Positions 1-11,684 are shown, numbered from the stretch's first letter. The stretch is 64,000 nucleotides of DNA from Anaerolineae bacterium (GCA_963675785.1 OY776562.1:256001-320000); one strand, 5' to 3'. Numbers and translations: made by a program. The notes: generated by a model not told the origin, from the letters alone.

Positions 1-873
1 CTCATAGTCGGTGGGGTCGTGGGCGGGGGTCACTTTGACGGCGCCAGTGCCGAATTCCTTCTCCACAGCCTCGTCGGCGATAACCTTGATGCGGCGATTG
101 ACTACCGGCACCACCAGCTCTTTGCCGATCATATGTTGGTAGCGTTCATCTTCGGGATGTACTGCCACAGCGGTATCGCCCATAATGGTCTCGGGGCGGG
201 TGGTGGCCACGGTCATGCTTTCGGTATGGTCCGGCGTCCAATAGCGCACGTACCAAAGATGGGCAGTTTCATCCTCGTGCTCTACCTCGAGGTCCGAAAT
301 GGCTGTGCCGCATCGCGGGCACCAGTTCACCAGGTATTGGCCGCGGTAAATGAGCTTCTTTTCATAGAGGCGTACAAAGGCTTCGCGTACAGCACGAGAA
401 AGGCCGTCATCGAGGGTGAAACGCTCGCGCGACCAATCACAGGAGACGCCCATACTACGCTGTTGGTTGGTGATGCGGTCGAGGTATTCGTCTTTCCAGG
501 CCCACACCTCTTGCACAAACTTTTCCCGGCCGAGTTCCTGGCGACTGATGCCGTTCTTGGCCAGTTCGCGTTCCACTACGTTTTGTGTGGCAATACCGGC
601 ATGATCGGCGCCAGGCACCCACAGGGTAGCGTCGCCCAGCATACGATGGTAGCGAGTGAGGGCATCTTCAACAGAGGAGGTGATTGCATGGCCAAGATGC
701 AGGATGCCGGTGACGTTGGGTGGCGGCATAGAGATGACAAAGGTTTTTTTGCTCTCGTCATCAACAGGCTTGAAATAACCCTCTTCTTCCCACCATTGGT
801 ACAATGCCTTTTCGACGTTCGGAACGTCGTAGGTCTTGGCCATTTCCTCAGGAAGCGGCACTTTCCTCTTCAT
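1..873 (-). CDS. valS: Valine--tRNA ligase, N-terminal part (runs off the window start)
   Basis: Not in the ORF track. Manual minus-strand translation from ATG at 873 gives MKRKVPLPEEMAKTYDVPNVEKALYQWWEEEGYFKP...FVISMPPPNVTGILHLGHA (class I HIGH motif in ValRS context). AGGAG SD upstream. Confidence 0.95.
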   Translation of the reverse strand, partial: MKRKVPLPEEMAKTYDVPNVEKALYQWWEEEGYFKPVDDESKKTFVISMPPPNVTGILHLGHAITSSVEDALTRYHRMLGDATLWVPGADHAGIATQNVVERELAKNGISRQELGREKFVQEVWAWKDEYLDRITNQQRSMGVSCDWSRERFTLDDGLSRAVREAFVRLYEKKLIYRGQYLVNWCPRCGTAISDLEVEHEDETAHLWYVRYWTPDHTESMTVATTRPETIMGDTAVAVHPEDERYQHMIGKELVVPVVNRRIKVIADEAVEKEFGTGAVKVTPAHDPTDYE

Positions 874-894
874 GACATTCTCCTGCGCATGCAA

Positions 895-1135
895 ACAAAA
901 TAGCCCTTTTCGTCTCCGAAGACGAAAAAGGGCGTTTTCCGCGGTACCACTTCGGTTCGGCAATGATGATTGCCGCACTCTTAGCTGTAACGGGCTTTCC
1001 CGCGCTAACCTACTGTGATTTCGGAAAGCGGACTCTCAGGCGACTCGGGGCGTGCTTGCCGTAAAGAGCTCTCAGTCAGCGGCTCTTGTTTCCTGTCGGC
1101 GAGTGATGCGCCCACTCCTCCTGATCAACGTCTTC
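895..1135 (-). promoter_or_regulatory. T-box riboswitch leader of valS
   Basis: Minus strand carries the T-box core GTGGTACCGCG (940-950), a terminator hairpin (903-933) followed by a U-rich tract, AGTA/GAAA stem II motifs, a CCGTTA box, and GCTGA/AG motifs in stem I. Possible Val specifier GUC at 1042-1044 (tentative). Confidence 0.9.
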
Positions 1136-1267
1136 AATATTTTAACATGCTCTAGTTTGGCCGTCAATCGCGTCATTTTTGCGCATAGTGAGCTGTTGAC
1201 AGGTATCTTGAGCCCCCCTAAAATACCGGGCACAAGTCATGCTAGCAATCAGAGACTGTGTGGGTGA

Positions 1268-1924
1268 GTGGTGAGCAGTCAGGACCTAACTTACAAGATA
1301 CCTGCGGGTCAGGCCACCGCACAACTAGAGGCCAAAGCCTCCTTGTTCATTGCCACCGTGGGGCCTGCCGAATCGGTTGAGGTCGCCCGGGCCTTTATCC
1401 AGCAGGTCGCTTCCCAATATGCTGATGCCGACCATAACGCCTGGGCTTTCAAGATCACAGAGGGTCCTCAGGCAGAGATCGGTTCCTCGGACGACGGCGA
1501 ACCTGGTGGAACGGCAGGGCGCCCCATGCTGGCTGTGCTCAGTGGCAGTGATGTGCGCCAGGTGGTAGTGGTGGGTACGCGTTACTTTGGCGGGGTCAAG
1601 CTGGGCACCGGCGGATTAGTGCGCGCTTACGGGGGCGTTGCTCGCGAGGCGCTCAAGGTTTTGCCTACGCTCGTATGTCGATTGTACCAGTTGGCTACGA
1701 TCACTGCAGATTACACTTTGTACGGTAGCATCAAGTACCTTTTGCCACAGCATGATGTGCGGGTTATGGATGAGCGCTTTAGTGATGCGGTCGAGCTGGA
1801 TATTGCCGTGCCTTTTGATGGTGTGGCAAGCGTCGGTTCGATCCTGCGTGAACTGTCTAACGGGGGGATCATGTTGGCCCACTCTTTGACGGACGTTGTT
1901 TACATGGAGGACACATCAGCATGA
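1268..1924 (+). CDS. YigZ/IMPACT family protein
   Basis: Motifs DADHNAWA, SDDGEPGGTAGRPML and RYFGGVKLGTGGLVRAY. Confidence 0.9.
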   Translation: MVSSQDLTYKIPAGQATAQLEAKASLFIATVGPAESVEVARAFIQQVASQYADADHNAWAFKITEGPQAEIGSSDDGEPGGTAGRPMLAVLSGSDVRQVVVVGTRYFGGVKLGTGGLVRAYGGVAREALKVLPTLVCRLYQLATITADYTLYGSIKYLLPQHDVRVMDERFSDAVELDIAVPFDGVASVGSILRELSNGGIMLAHSLTDVVYMEDTSA

Positions 1925-2841
1925 AAGTGATGCGAATTGGCGTTGCGCTTGTTCTGCTGTGTGTGAGCCTAGCTGCCTGTGGCAAAGAGCCTGGCGTGGC
2001 GGTGGTTGTTGGCAGCTCTGACGATATCGATCAGGTGGTCATTGGTCAACTCACGGTGATGATGCTGGAAGAATATGGCTATGACGTGGTTGACCGCGTG
2101 GGAATGGGTTCGATGGATGGTGTGCGCAGTGCCTTTGAATCGGGGCGAGTGGATATCCTCTGGGCCTACTCGGGTGATGTCTGGCAAGATATGCTTGAGC
2201 ACGATCAACCGATCAAGGATTCTGAGACATTGCTGCGTCGTATCAATGAAGATGAGGCGGCTAATGGCCTGACCTGGCTGGGCCCCTGGACACAGACGCG
2301 AAGTGCAACCATTGTCACTTCTCCGACGCTGGCATCCACAACCTATTCCATCAGCGGCTTGGCCTCGTACATGTCGTCGGTTGATCCTTCTACGAGCGTT
2401 TGCGTGCCAGAGGGTATGATGGGCGCCGTATCGGGTCTTAGCGGCCTGATAAAGGTGTACGGCATGGATTTTCTTGCCGAGGCCATCATTACTACGGATC
2501 AAGAAGGCGCGTATAATGGTGTGGCTGAGGGCACGTGCGACTGTGCTCTGGGATATACCGATTCTCTACAAGTCCGCCAGTTGGGGTTGGTCTCTCTCGT
2601 AGATAATCTTGGCTTTTTCCCCGTTTCATATATCGTTGTGGGCGTCAATCAGCGTATCCTCGATGATCCCGATCTGACCTATTATTTGGAGGCGCTTGGC
2701 GATTCACTTTCATATGAGACCCTAGATGACCTGGTGGATGACTATGTTTCTTCGGATGAATCTGACCTCGTACTCAAGACGTTTTTGCGCAATAACGACT
2801 TGCTCTCTCTTTCTCCAGAGAATGCTGTTACTGCCGAATGA
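1921..2841 (+). CDS. Glycine betaine/osmoprotectant ABC substrate-binding lipoprotein (OsmF/OpuAC-like)
   Basis: Lipobox LAAC; VVVGS; GRVDILWAYSG; LVDNLGFFP. Confidence 0.75.
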   Translation: MKVMRIGVALVLLCVSLAACGKEPGVAVVVGSSDDIDQVVIGQLTVMMLEEYGYDVVDRVGMGSMDGVRSAFESGRVDILWAYSGDVWQDMLEHDQPIKDSETLLRRINEDEAANGLTWLGPWTQTRSATIVTSPTLASTTYSISGLASYMSSVDPSTSVCVPEGMMGAVSGLSGLIKVYGMDFLAEAIITTDQEGAYNGVAEGTCDCALGYTDSLQVRQLGLVSLVDNLGFFPVSYIVVGVNQRILDDPDLTYYLEALGDSLSYETLDDLVDDYVSSDESDLVLKTFLRNNDLLSLSPENAVTAE

Positions 2842-2851
2842 TTGATAGGTT

Positions 2852-4831
2852 GTGGTGATGTCTTTTGCAATTGGTGTTGATACAGGTGGAACCTATACAG
2901 ATGCAGTTTTGATTGAACAGGAGAGCGGCCGTGTAGTGGCCAGCGCCAAATCTCTGACGACACGCTCCAACCTCGCTGCAGGTATCCGCTCAGCACTCAC
3001 TGCGGTCATCCAACAGCAGCATCCTTCTATTGGCATGGTGTCTCTTTCCACCACACTGGCCACTAATGCCATTGTGGAGAACAAAGGCGCGCGTATTGCC
3101 GCACTTCTTGTGGGCTATGCCGGCCGTATTCCGCCCGATGTGAACCTCGTCCGTGAACTGGGCACTGAGCAGATCGTTTTTATTCAAGGTGGGCATAACG
3201 TTGACGGCAGCGAATTCGCTAATTTGGATGAATTGGCCGTCAAACGTGTTGTTCAGCGTCTTGCAGGCGAGGTAGATGCCTTTGCCGTATCGGGCTTTTT
3301 TGGCACACGCAACCCTGAGCATGAGCAACGTGTGCGCGAGATCATTTTACGGTCAACCAATTTACCAGTTACTTGCGGCCACGAATTGACTCACGAGCTG
3401 GATGCTATCCGTCGGGCGGCGACAGTTGCACTGAACGCCAGACTGATTCCCCTCTTGTTCGATCTCATTACTGCCGTTCAGCATTGTCTCGTCGAGCATA
3501 GCATCGAGGCGCCTCTCATGGTCGTCAAAGGGGATGGTTCCCTCGTTTCAGCACCCGTGGCGCTAGAGCGCCCTGTTGAAACCATCCTATCTGGGCCAGC
3601 CGCCAGTCTTGTCGGAGCTGCATTTCTCGCCAACAAAAAAGATCTATTCGTGGCCGATATGGGGGGGACAACTACGGATATCGCCGTGCTGCGTGGCGGA
3701 CGTCCCAATATCACCGAAAAAGGCGCTCAGGTTGGTGAGTGGCGTACCATGGTCAAAGCGGTGGATGCACACACGGCCGGTATTGGCGGCGATAGCCGTG
3801 TCTACTGGGATGAGAATGGCGAGCTTGCGGTAGGGCCACGGAGGGTCATCCCAATCTCTCTGTTGGCCATGCAACAACCCGGTGTGGTCGAAACGATGGT
3901 TCATCTGGCTATGGTCTCTGAGGGGCTTGAACCTTATGCCTGGGAATGGATGATGCTGGTCAGGCCAGAGAGAATGCCTGACGATGGTGTCTGGGGAGCT
4001 GTCAAGCAGGGTCTGGCTGAAAAAGCGTTACCTTTGGTGCAAGTGAACGAGCTGTTAGTTCATCCCCAACTATATGGGCGTCAATTGAAGGACTTTGAAG
4101 CTCAAGGCGTGCTGCAACGAGTTGGATTTACTCCTACTGATGCTGCCCATGTATTGAACAAGCTTGATATTTATGATGGACGTGCCGCTTGTGTTGCTGC
4201 AGAGGCAATGACTGGCGGATCAATGACGACGACTGCGCTGTGTGAACGCGTATTTGAGCAGACGGTCGATCAGATGGCAGAATGCATCGCGCTCAAGGCA
4301 TTGGCCGAGGATGGACTCACAGATGGCTCGTCTGTGCCCTTTGGCGGCCTTGTTAGCCATGCCGTGCGCGCAAATGGGGATGGTATGTTGGGTTTTGGTC
4401 TGCGTTTACACCGGCCACTGGTAGCTGTGGGGGCGCCGGCGCATACGTTCTTCCCTGCTGTGGCCGCGCGTCTTCATGCAGATCTCTCCATACCAAAGAA
4501 TGCGGGCGTGGCCAATGCGGTGGGGGCTGTGGTTGGCTCGGTTGTGCAGGTTGCTCGGGCACTGATCATTCCCGATGAGTTGAACGGCGAGGTTCGCGTT
4601 CATCTACCTGAGGTTATGGTGCGCTGTGCCGATCTGGAGCAGGCAGAGGCATACGCTTGCGCTCAGGTTGCGGTACTGGCTGAGGCTTTAGCAAAACGTG
4701 CTGGCGCGGGGCAGGTAACGGTCTCGGTGAAAACTTTGCGCAAGACGGCCCCTGTAGGGCAAACCCCAGGAGCCACAGCTGTAATCGAGATTGTGATAGA
4801 GGCCACAGCTGTAGGACGCCCGGCATCATGA
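2852..4831 (+). CDS. Hydantoinase/oxoprolinase A family protein
   Basis: GVDTGGTYTDAV, STTLATNAIVE, ETILSGPAAS, DMGGTTTDIA, VANAVGA. Confidence 0.9.
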   Translation: MVMSFAIGVDTGGTYTDAVLIEQESGRVVASAKSLTTRSNLAAGIRSALTAVIQQQHPSIGMVSLSTTLATNAIVENKGARIAALLVGYAGRIPPDVNLVRELGTEQIVFIQGGHNVDGSEFANLDELAVKRVVQRLAGEVDAFAVSGFFGTRNPEHEQRVREIILRSTNLPVTCGHELTHELDAIRRAATVALNARLIPLLFDLITAVQHCLVEHSIEAPLMVVKGDGSLVSAPVALERPVETILSGPAASLVGAAFLANKKDLFVADMGGTTTDIAVLRGGRPNITEKGAQVGEWRTMVKAVDAHTAGIGGDSRVYWDENGELAVGPRRVIPISLLAMQQPGVVETMVHLAMVSEGLEPYAWEWMMLVRPERMPDDGVWGAVKQGLAEKALPLVQVNELLVHPQLYGRQLKDFEAQGVLQRVGFTPTDAAHVLNKLDIYDGRAACVAAEAMTGGSMTTTALCERVFEQTVDQMAECIALKALAEDGLTDGSSVPFGGLVSHAVRANGDGMLGFGLRLHRPLVAVGAPAHTFFPAVAARLHADLSIPKNAGVANAVGAVVGSVVQVARALIIPDELNGEVRVHLPEVMVRCADLEQAEAYACAQVAVLAEALAKRAGAGQVTVSVKTLRKTAPVGQTPGATAVIEIVIEATAVGRPAS

Positions 4832-4907
4832 CATAAAGTTCCCGCTTTGCCGAACTGCGTTGTGTCGGGTATTATGAAAGAGTGTATCGTAGACTACCTG
4901 ATATTAA

Positions 4908-6681
<1,774 letters not shown>

Positions 6682-6685
<4 letters not shown>

Positions 6686-6969
6686 ATCCCTGGTTCAAGT
6701 TCTTGCTCTGGATCTTTGTCGGCGGGTTTGCTGGGTTGATGCATCTATATCGCCTAAAGAGCCTGGTGATGCAGTCTGCTGCTTTGTCCGATGAAAAGGC
6801 GCAAAAAAATTTGACACGCTTTGCTCCCTTGCGCATCCTGATGTTCGTTCCCATTTTGCTTGCTGCGGCTTATTCTGGATTGCCTGCCTGCGTTGGTTTT
6901 ATTCTAGGTATGGTATCGGGCAGAGTGGTCGGAGCCTACCTATTCCAGTCGACAACGTCGTTAGACTAG
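6682..6969 (+). CDS. atpR: N-ATPase AtpR-like membrane subunit
   Basis: 95 aa with three hydrophobic segments and intramembrane Arg residues (PLRILM, GMVSGRVV); lies between atpC and atpB. Confidence 0.65.
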
Positions 6970-6988
6970 ATAAAAAGAGAGTACGGTT

Positions 6989-7651
6989 TTGGACAGCGTC
7001 TTCCCACAGCAAGTGCTTGGCTCTTTGCGTGACTCGGTGGTGCACACCTGGGTTATCATCCTAGCTGTTGCTGTGTTCTGCATCATCACCTTTCGCCGGT
7101 ACAGTGCCTTTGAACCGGCTCCGTGGCAGATGTTGGTTGAGCAGCTTGTAGAATATGTAGAGAATCTTGTCACCTCTACATCTGGAAGATCGCTTCCGCA
7201 GGCTACCTGCTTTCTTACAACGATGCTGATTTTTGTGGCTGCGGCGAACATTTTGGGTATGTTCCCGGGATTGAATGCGCCCACTAGGGATTTGAACGTA
7301 ACCCTGGCGCTCTCACTCGTTTCGCTGATAGCCATGTGGGTGTTTGCTATTCGGAAACGGGGGTTAAAAAGCTATCTTAAATCGCTTGTAACACCTGTTT
7401 TCATGTTGCCATTTAACATCTTGTCCATGATTAGCCGTGTTTTATCGATGACGCTCCGTCTTTTTGGCAACATATTTGCTGGGGAAATGGTCGTAGCGGT
7501 TGTGTTCTACATAATGCCGCCGATTGCCCCTCTTCTTTTTACGGTGTTGAGCCTGGTTACATCGATTCTTCAGGCTATGGTATTTACCATTTTGACCTTT
7601 GTGTTCATTGTGGATGCACTGGGTGATGAACCCGAGACAACCAATAGCTAG
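6989..7651 (+). CDS. atpB: F0 subunit a
   Basis: APTRDLNVT and SRVLSMTLRLFGNIFAGE containing the essential Arg. Confidence 0.95.
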   Translation: MDSVFPQQVLGSLRDSVVHTWVIILAVAVFCIITFRRYSAFEPAPWQMLVEQLVEYVENLVTSTSGRSLPQATCFLTTMLIFVAAANILGMFPGLNAPTRDLNVTLALSLVSLIAMWVFAIRKRGLKSYLKSLVTPVFMLPFNILSMISRVLSMTLRLFGNIFAGEMVVAVVFYIMPPIAPLLFTVLSLVTSILQAMVFTILTFVFIVDALGDEPETTNS

Positions 7652-7683
7652 ACTTGGCCTTGTACTGAAAGGAGTTCCAGACG

Positions 7684-7953
7684 ATGGTTTCAGAAAGTCT
7701 TCAATTCGCGACCGTGACAACCATAACAGTTGGTGCAGCAATTGTGCTGGGCACCATCACCGCCTGCATCATGGAAGGTAAGGCGGTCGCCAAGGCCTTT
7801 GACAACATGGCGCGGCAGCCAAGTGTGGCTGACAAAATCCGCGGCTTGCTCTTTGTCTCTATGGCTTTGCTCGAATCGACCGCCATCTATGTTCTGCTCA
7901 TCTGTCTCATTCTGCTGTTTGTGAACCCATTCCAGGGTGCCTTTAACTTTTAG
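7684..7953 (+). CDS. atpE: F0 subunit c with Na+-binding signature
   Basis: ARQP loop; Glu in helix 1 (IMEG) and ESTAIY in helix 2. Confidence 0.95.
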   Translation: MVSESLQFATVTTITVGAAIVLGTITACIMEGKAVAKAFDNMARQPSVADKIRGLLFVSMALLESTAIYVLLICLILLFVNPFQGAFNF

Positions 7954-7964
7954 GAGAGTATTGC

Positions 7965-8750
7965 ATGCTCGATATTGACCTGTCCACATTGCTCTGGGAG
8001 ACGGTCAACTTTTTGGTTCTCTTCCTGCTCTTGTATTTTTTGTTGTTTCGCCCCCTGAAGCGCAAGCTCAATGAGCGCTCTCAGGTCATTGCGAATACGT
8101 TGCAGAGCGCACAGGATCAGGAAGCTGAAGCTAAGCGCATGCGGCTTGAATATGAGGAGCGGCTGCGCAATGCCCAGCAAGAGGCTGATGAGCTTGTGGC
8201 CAATGCCCAGCGCGAGGCGGCCCAAAAGAGCGCTCAACTTGTGCGTGAGGCTCGTGAACGCCTTGACCGCATGACCGAGCAAATGCGCTCTGAATATACA
8301 CGCCAGCGTGAAGAGATTGTCGCGCAAAACTATGAGCGAATACTCGATGTGATCGTTGACTTGTCTGGCAATGTGGTTCAGTCGGTAACGACACGGCGCT
8401 CTCATGACGACCTTGTGCAGAACTTTATGGCTAGTATTTACCAGATGCCCCAGGAAGAAGTCACGACGTACCGCAGAGTGATGATGCAGCGTCAACCACT
8501 CGCAATTGTGACAACCCCCGTTGCGCTGACTGCTGAACAAAGCAAGACTTTGGCAGATACGCTTTCTTCGCTCATCGACCGTCCTGTCGAACTGCAGGTG
8601 CATATCGCGCCCGAACTTGTGGCCGGCATTCAGGTACGCCTGGGTGATCGCCTGATCGATAATTCAGTCCGTCAGCAGATGAATCGAATTCGTGATCGAG
8701 CAAGAAAGGACCTCATAGCAAGTTTTAGCTCAGAGGCCCAAGATGAGTGA
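7965..8750 (+). CDS. atpF: F0 subunit b fused to a delta/OSCP-like C-terminal domain
   Basis: N-terminal TM segment (WETVNFLVLFLLL), coiled coil, then delta-like PELVAGIQVRLGDRLIDNSV. Confidence 0.9.
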   Translation: MLDIDLSTLLWETVNFLVLFLLLYFLLFRPLKRKLNERSQVIANTLQSAQDQEAEAKRMRLEYEERLRNAQQEADELVANAQREAAQKSAQLVREARERLDRMTEQMRSEYTRQREEIVAQNYERILDVIVDLSGNVVQSVTTRRSHDDLVQNFMASIYQMPQEEVTTYRRVMMQRQPLAIVTTPVALTAEQSKTLADTLSSLIDRPVELQVHIAPELVAGIQVRLGDRLIDNSVRQQMNRIRDRARKDLIASFSSEAQDE

Positions 8751-10416
8751 TTCATTTGCTCCACCGCCAGGTGCATCTTTGGATCCTTCTCAGGGAGCTG
8801 TGCGAGATGAGCGGGCACCTACTATTGGCCCCGGGCAGATTACCATTCGTACGCGTCGCAGCCCGCAGGAAGAGTTTCCACGGCCTGTTCTCCAAAAAAT
8901 GGCCCATGCTCCGCAAGAGTCGCTTTCCGCGTTGTTGTCTTCGATTGTGGAGCAAAGCCGTCGTCCTCATCCGGGGTTGTTGGTTCGTGAGATTGGCACT
9001 GTGCGTCAGGTGGGTGATGGTGTTGCTTCGGTCTGGGGACTTCCAGGGGCCACCACTGACGAGATCCTCCAGTTTCCTCATGGTGTAACTGGCCTGGTAA
9101 TGAACCTCGAAACCAGTTACGTAGACTGTATTTTGCTCGGATCTGATGAAGGCATTCAGGGCGGCGATCTCGTCTGGTCGACGGGTAAACGTATCGCCGT
9201 ACCTGTGGGCGATCGCCTTTTGGGGCGTGTTGTCGATCCTTTGGGCACGCCACTAGATACACTTGGTCGCTTGTTTGCCGATGAACTGCGATTCATTGAA
9301 CGGAACGCCCCTGGCGTCGTTGAACGGCAACCGGTTGCCGAGCCGTTGCAGACTGGCATCAAGGCAGTGGATGCGATTGTCCCTATTGGGCGGGGCCAGC
9401 GCGAGCTCATCGTGGGGGATCGACAAACAGGTAAAACGGCCATTGCCCTGGATGCAATCATCAACCAACGGGGGCAGGATGTGGTCTGCATCTATGTCTC
9501 CATCGGGCAACGCAAGTCGGCAGCACTCGATGCTATCCGCATTCTTGATGATGCCGGAGCTATGGAACATACGGTCGTAATTATGGCCGCTCCCGATGAT
9601 CCTCCTGCACTTGTGTACATTGCACCTTATACAGGAGCAACCATCGCCGAATCTTTTATGGATCAAGGCCGCGATGTGCTGATCGTCTACGACGACCTGA
9701 CCAAACATGCTGATGCTTATCGCGAACTCTCGCTCTTGCTTCGCCGCCCACCCGGACGTGAGGCTTATCCCGGCGATATCTTTTATTTGCATTCGCGTTT
9801 GCTGGAGCGTTCGGGCCGTCTGAACGACAGCCTCGGCGGAGGCAGCATTACGGCTTTGCCCATTGTAGAAACGCGGCGCGGCAATATCTCTGCTTATGTA
9901 CCCACCAATCTGATCTCAATTACCGACGGACAGATTTATCTCAGCCCTGAGTTGTTCAATCAGGGGTTCAAGCCGGCTATTGATGTGGGACTTTCTGTTT
10001 CGCGCGTAGGTGGCGCTGCGCAAACGCCGATTATGCGCCAAGTAGGCGGACATTTGCGACTTACGCTCTCACAGTATGAAGAAGTGGCCCAGTTCAGTCG
10101 ATTCGGTACTGAAGTGGACGAGATGACGCGGCGCCAGATTGTACGTGGCGAACACCTTCGTCAGGCACTCAGACAGATTCCTTATACGCCCCTTCAACTC
10201 TCGCGGCAGATTCTGGTGCTCTATGCCGCTGGAGAGGGGTATATGGACGATATTCCTCTTGCGGAGGTGGAACGTTTCGAGAGAGAACTTTGGGCCTTTG
10301 CCATTCGAGAGTATCGCTCTATCGTTCGCCGCGTGGACGAGGATCATGTACTCGATGATCGTTTGACCGGGGATATGAAAGACCTTCTAGAGGCTTTTGT
10401 CAGCAGGTTTGCCTAG
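8743..10416 (+). CDS. atpA: F1 ATPase alpha subunit
   Basis: GDRQTGKT, RRPPGREAYPGDIFYLHSRLLER, GLSVSRVG. Confidence 0.97.
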   Translation: MSDSFAPPPGASLDPSQGAVRDERAPTIGPGQITIRTRRSPQEEFPRPVLQKMAHAPQESLSALLSSIVEQSRRPHPGLLVREIGTVRQVGDGVASVWGLPGATTDEILQFPHGVTGLVMNLETSYVDCILLGSDEGIQGGDLVWSTGKRIAVPVGDRLLGRVVDPLGTPLDTLGRLFADELRFIERNAPGVVERQPVAEPLQTGIKAVDAIVPIGRGQRELIVGDRQTGKTAIALDAIINQRGQDVVCIYVSIGQRKSAALDAIRILDDAGAMEHTVVIMAAPDDPPALVYIAPYTGATIAESFMDQGRDVLIVYDDLTKHADAYRELSLLLRRPPGREAYPGDIFYLHSRLLERSGRLNDSLGGGSITALPIVETRRGNISAYVPTNLISITDGQIYLSPELFNQGFKPAIDVGLSVSRVGGAAQTPIMRQVGGHLRLTLSQYEEVAQFSRFGTEVDEMTRRQIVRGEHLRQALRQIPYTPLQLSRQILVLYAAGEGYMDDIPLAEVERFERELWAFAIREYRSIVRRVDEDHVLDDRLTGDMKDLLEAFVSRFA

Positions 10417-11316
10417 ATGGAAGACATCGAACGCATCAAGGAACGCCTCGATAACATCCGCAGTGTAGAACCCATCATTACTTCTCTGCGGACGATTTCG
10501 GCCGGTGCTTGGCGGCAGGCGTTGCGTCGACGCGAGGCTACGGGCATGTACCTTGAAAATCTCTCAGCAACACTAGGGGGCTTGCTCTCGGGCGTGTCGG
10601 CCGAGTTGATTCATAACAAAGGTGTGGTGGATTCCCTTAGCTCCCCCCAGCGTGTGATCATGTTGGTTATTGCTTCAGAGCGAGGGCTGTGTGGCGCCTT
10701 TAATGATGTCATTCTCGATGGTGCACTCAATTTACTTCAGCAACAGCGCATGGTCAGTGACCAAGTGCAGGTTATTACGATAGGAGAACGCGCGCGTCTT
10801 TGCGTTTCTACGCATTACGAGCTGCTTGACCATATCTCTCTCCCCATGACCCGCGTTGTTCCTTTTTCTGCCGTACGCGATCTAGCACTTGATCTCCAAA
10901 ACCAAGTTTTCTCGGGGCAAGTTGATGCTGTCTACACTATCTCGACAGACTATGCTTCTACTGAGGTATTACCTCCCAAAGCTCGTGTCTGGCTTCCTGT
11001 CGAACGTGACGCCCTGGATATCAGCTTCGAGGCCTGGCCTCCCCCGATTGTGGAAGGTGACCGCGAACGGCTCGTTGCCCATACCCTTGAAGAAGTAGCG
11101 CTGCTGCGTCTCTATCGTGCTTTTATCGAATCGGCAGCTGCCGAGCAGGCGGCGCGGTTCCGTGCTATGGAAGCGGCTAGCACGAACCTCGTCCGACTCA
11201 TTGAAGAATTAACGCTTACATACCATACGGCCAGACAGCAGGCTATTACGACTGAGATGATCGAATTAGCCACTTCTGCCGGTTTACTGCGCGATACAGG
11301 TGAGAATAGTAGGTAG
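10417..11316 (+). CDS. atpG: F1 ATPase gamma subunit
   Basis: SERGLCGAFN, EQAARFRAMEAA, RQQAITTEMIE. Confidence 0.95.
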   Translation: MEDIERIKERLDNIRSVEPIITSLRTISAGAWRQALRRREATGMYLENLSATLGGLLSGVSAELIHNKGVVDSLSSPQRVIMLVIASERGLCGAFNDVILDGALNLLQQQRMVSDQVQVITIGERARLCVSTHYELLDHISLPMTRVVPFSAVRDLALDLQNQVFSGQVDAVYTISTDYASTEVLPPKARVWLPVERDALDISFEAWPPPIVEGDRERLVAHTLEEVALLRLYRAFIESAAAEQAARFRAMEAASTNLVRLIEELTLTYHTARQQAITTEMIELATSAGLLRDTGENSR

Positions 11317-11327
11317 AAATCGAATAG

Positions 11328-11355
11328 TTGCACCAACGGATAGATGTGCTACACT
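11328..11355 (+). promoter_or_regulatory. Putative sigma70-type promoter for the leader/VIT1 operon
   Basis: TTGCAC-N16-TACACT with an extended -10 TG at 11347-11348. Confidence 0.5.
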
Positions 11356-11392
11356 ACGATTGATAGGTATGTGAAGGAGTGTGCTGAGCTTT

Positions 11393-11638
11393 ATGTTGGA
11401 ACGTGAACCCGATCCTGACCCTTTGAGTCCCGAGCCTCCGAGTACTTTGGCGGGTGCTGAATCCGCCAAACTCCAAACCAGAGCTTTTTCAGACGCTCTA
11501 TTTGTCCCCGATTATTCATTCGAGAAGGCAAATGCTCACCTTCGGGCTAGTGTTCGTACACTGGTCAGATTTGAGGTTGTCTTCAGCCGTTTTCTCTCTC
11601 TGTTCTTTCCTACACTACTCATCGCTCGCCGTGTGTGA
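11393..11638 (+). CDS. Putative proline-rich leader peptide (uORF)
   Basis: AAGGAG at 11374-11379; reads MLEREPDPDPLSPEPP..., with 6 Pro and 5 acidic residues in the first 16 codons. SD spacing is long (13 nt). Confidence 0.45.
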   Translation: MLEREPDPDPLSPEPPSTLAGAESAKLQTRAFSDALFVPDYSFEKANAHLRASVRTLVRFEVVFSRFLSLFFPTLLIARRV

Positions 11639-11684
11639 ATTTTATCTGGCGAATAGATGAATTGAGGTAGAGTGGGAGAGAATA

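Noticed and set aside
19-903. 294-aa plus-strand ORF
   Set aside because: Antisense shadow of valS; the minus strand carries the real motifs.
11393-11684. yybP-ykoY (Mn2+) or M-box riboswitch upstream of the VIT1 gene
   Set aside because: I could not find their conserved sequence motifs by eye; an Infernal/Rfam scan would settle it.
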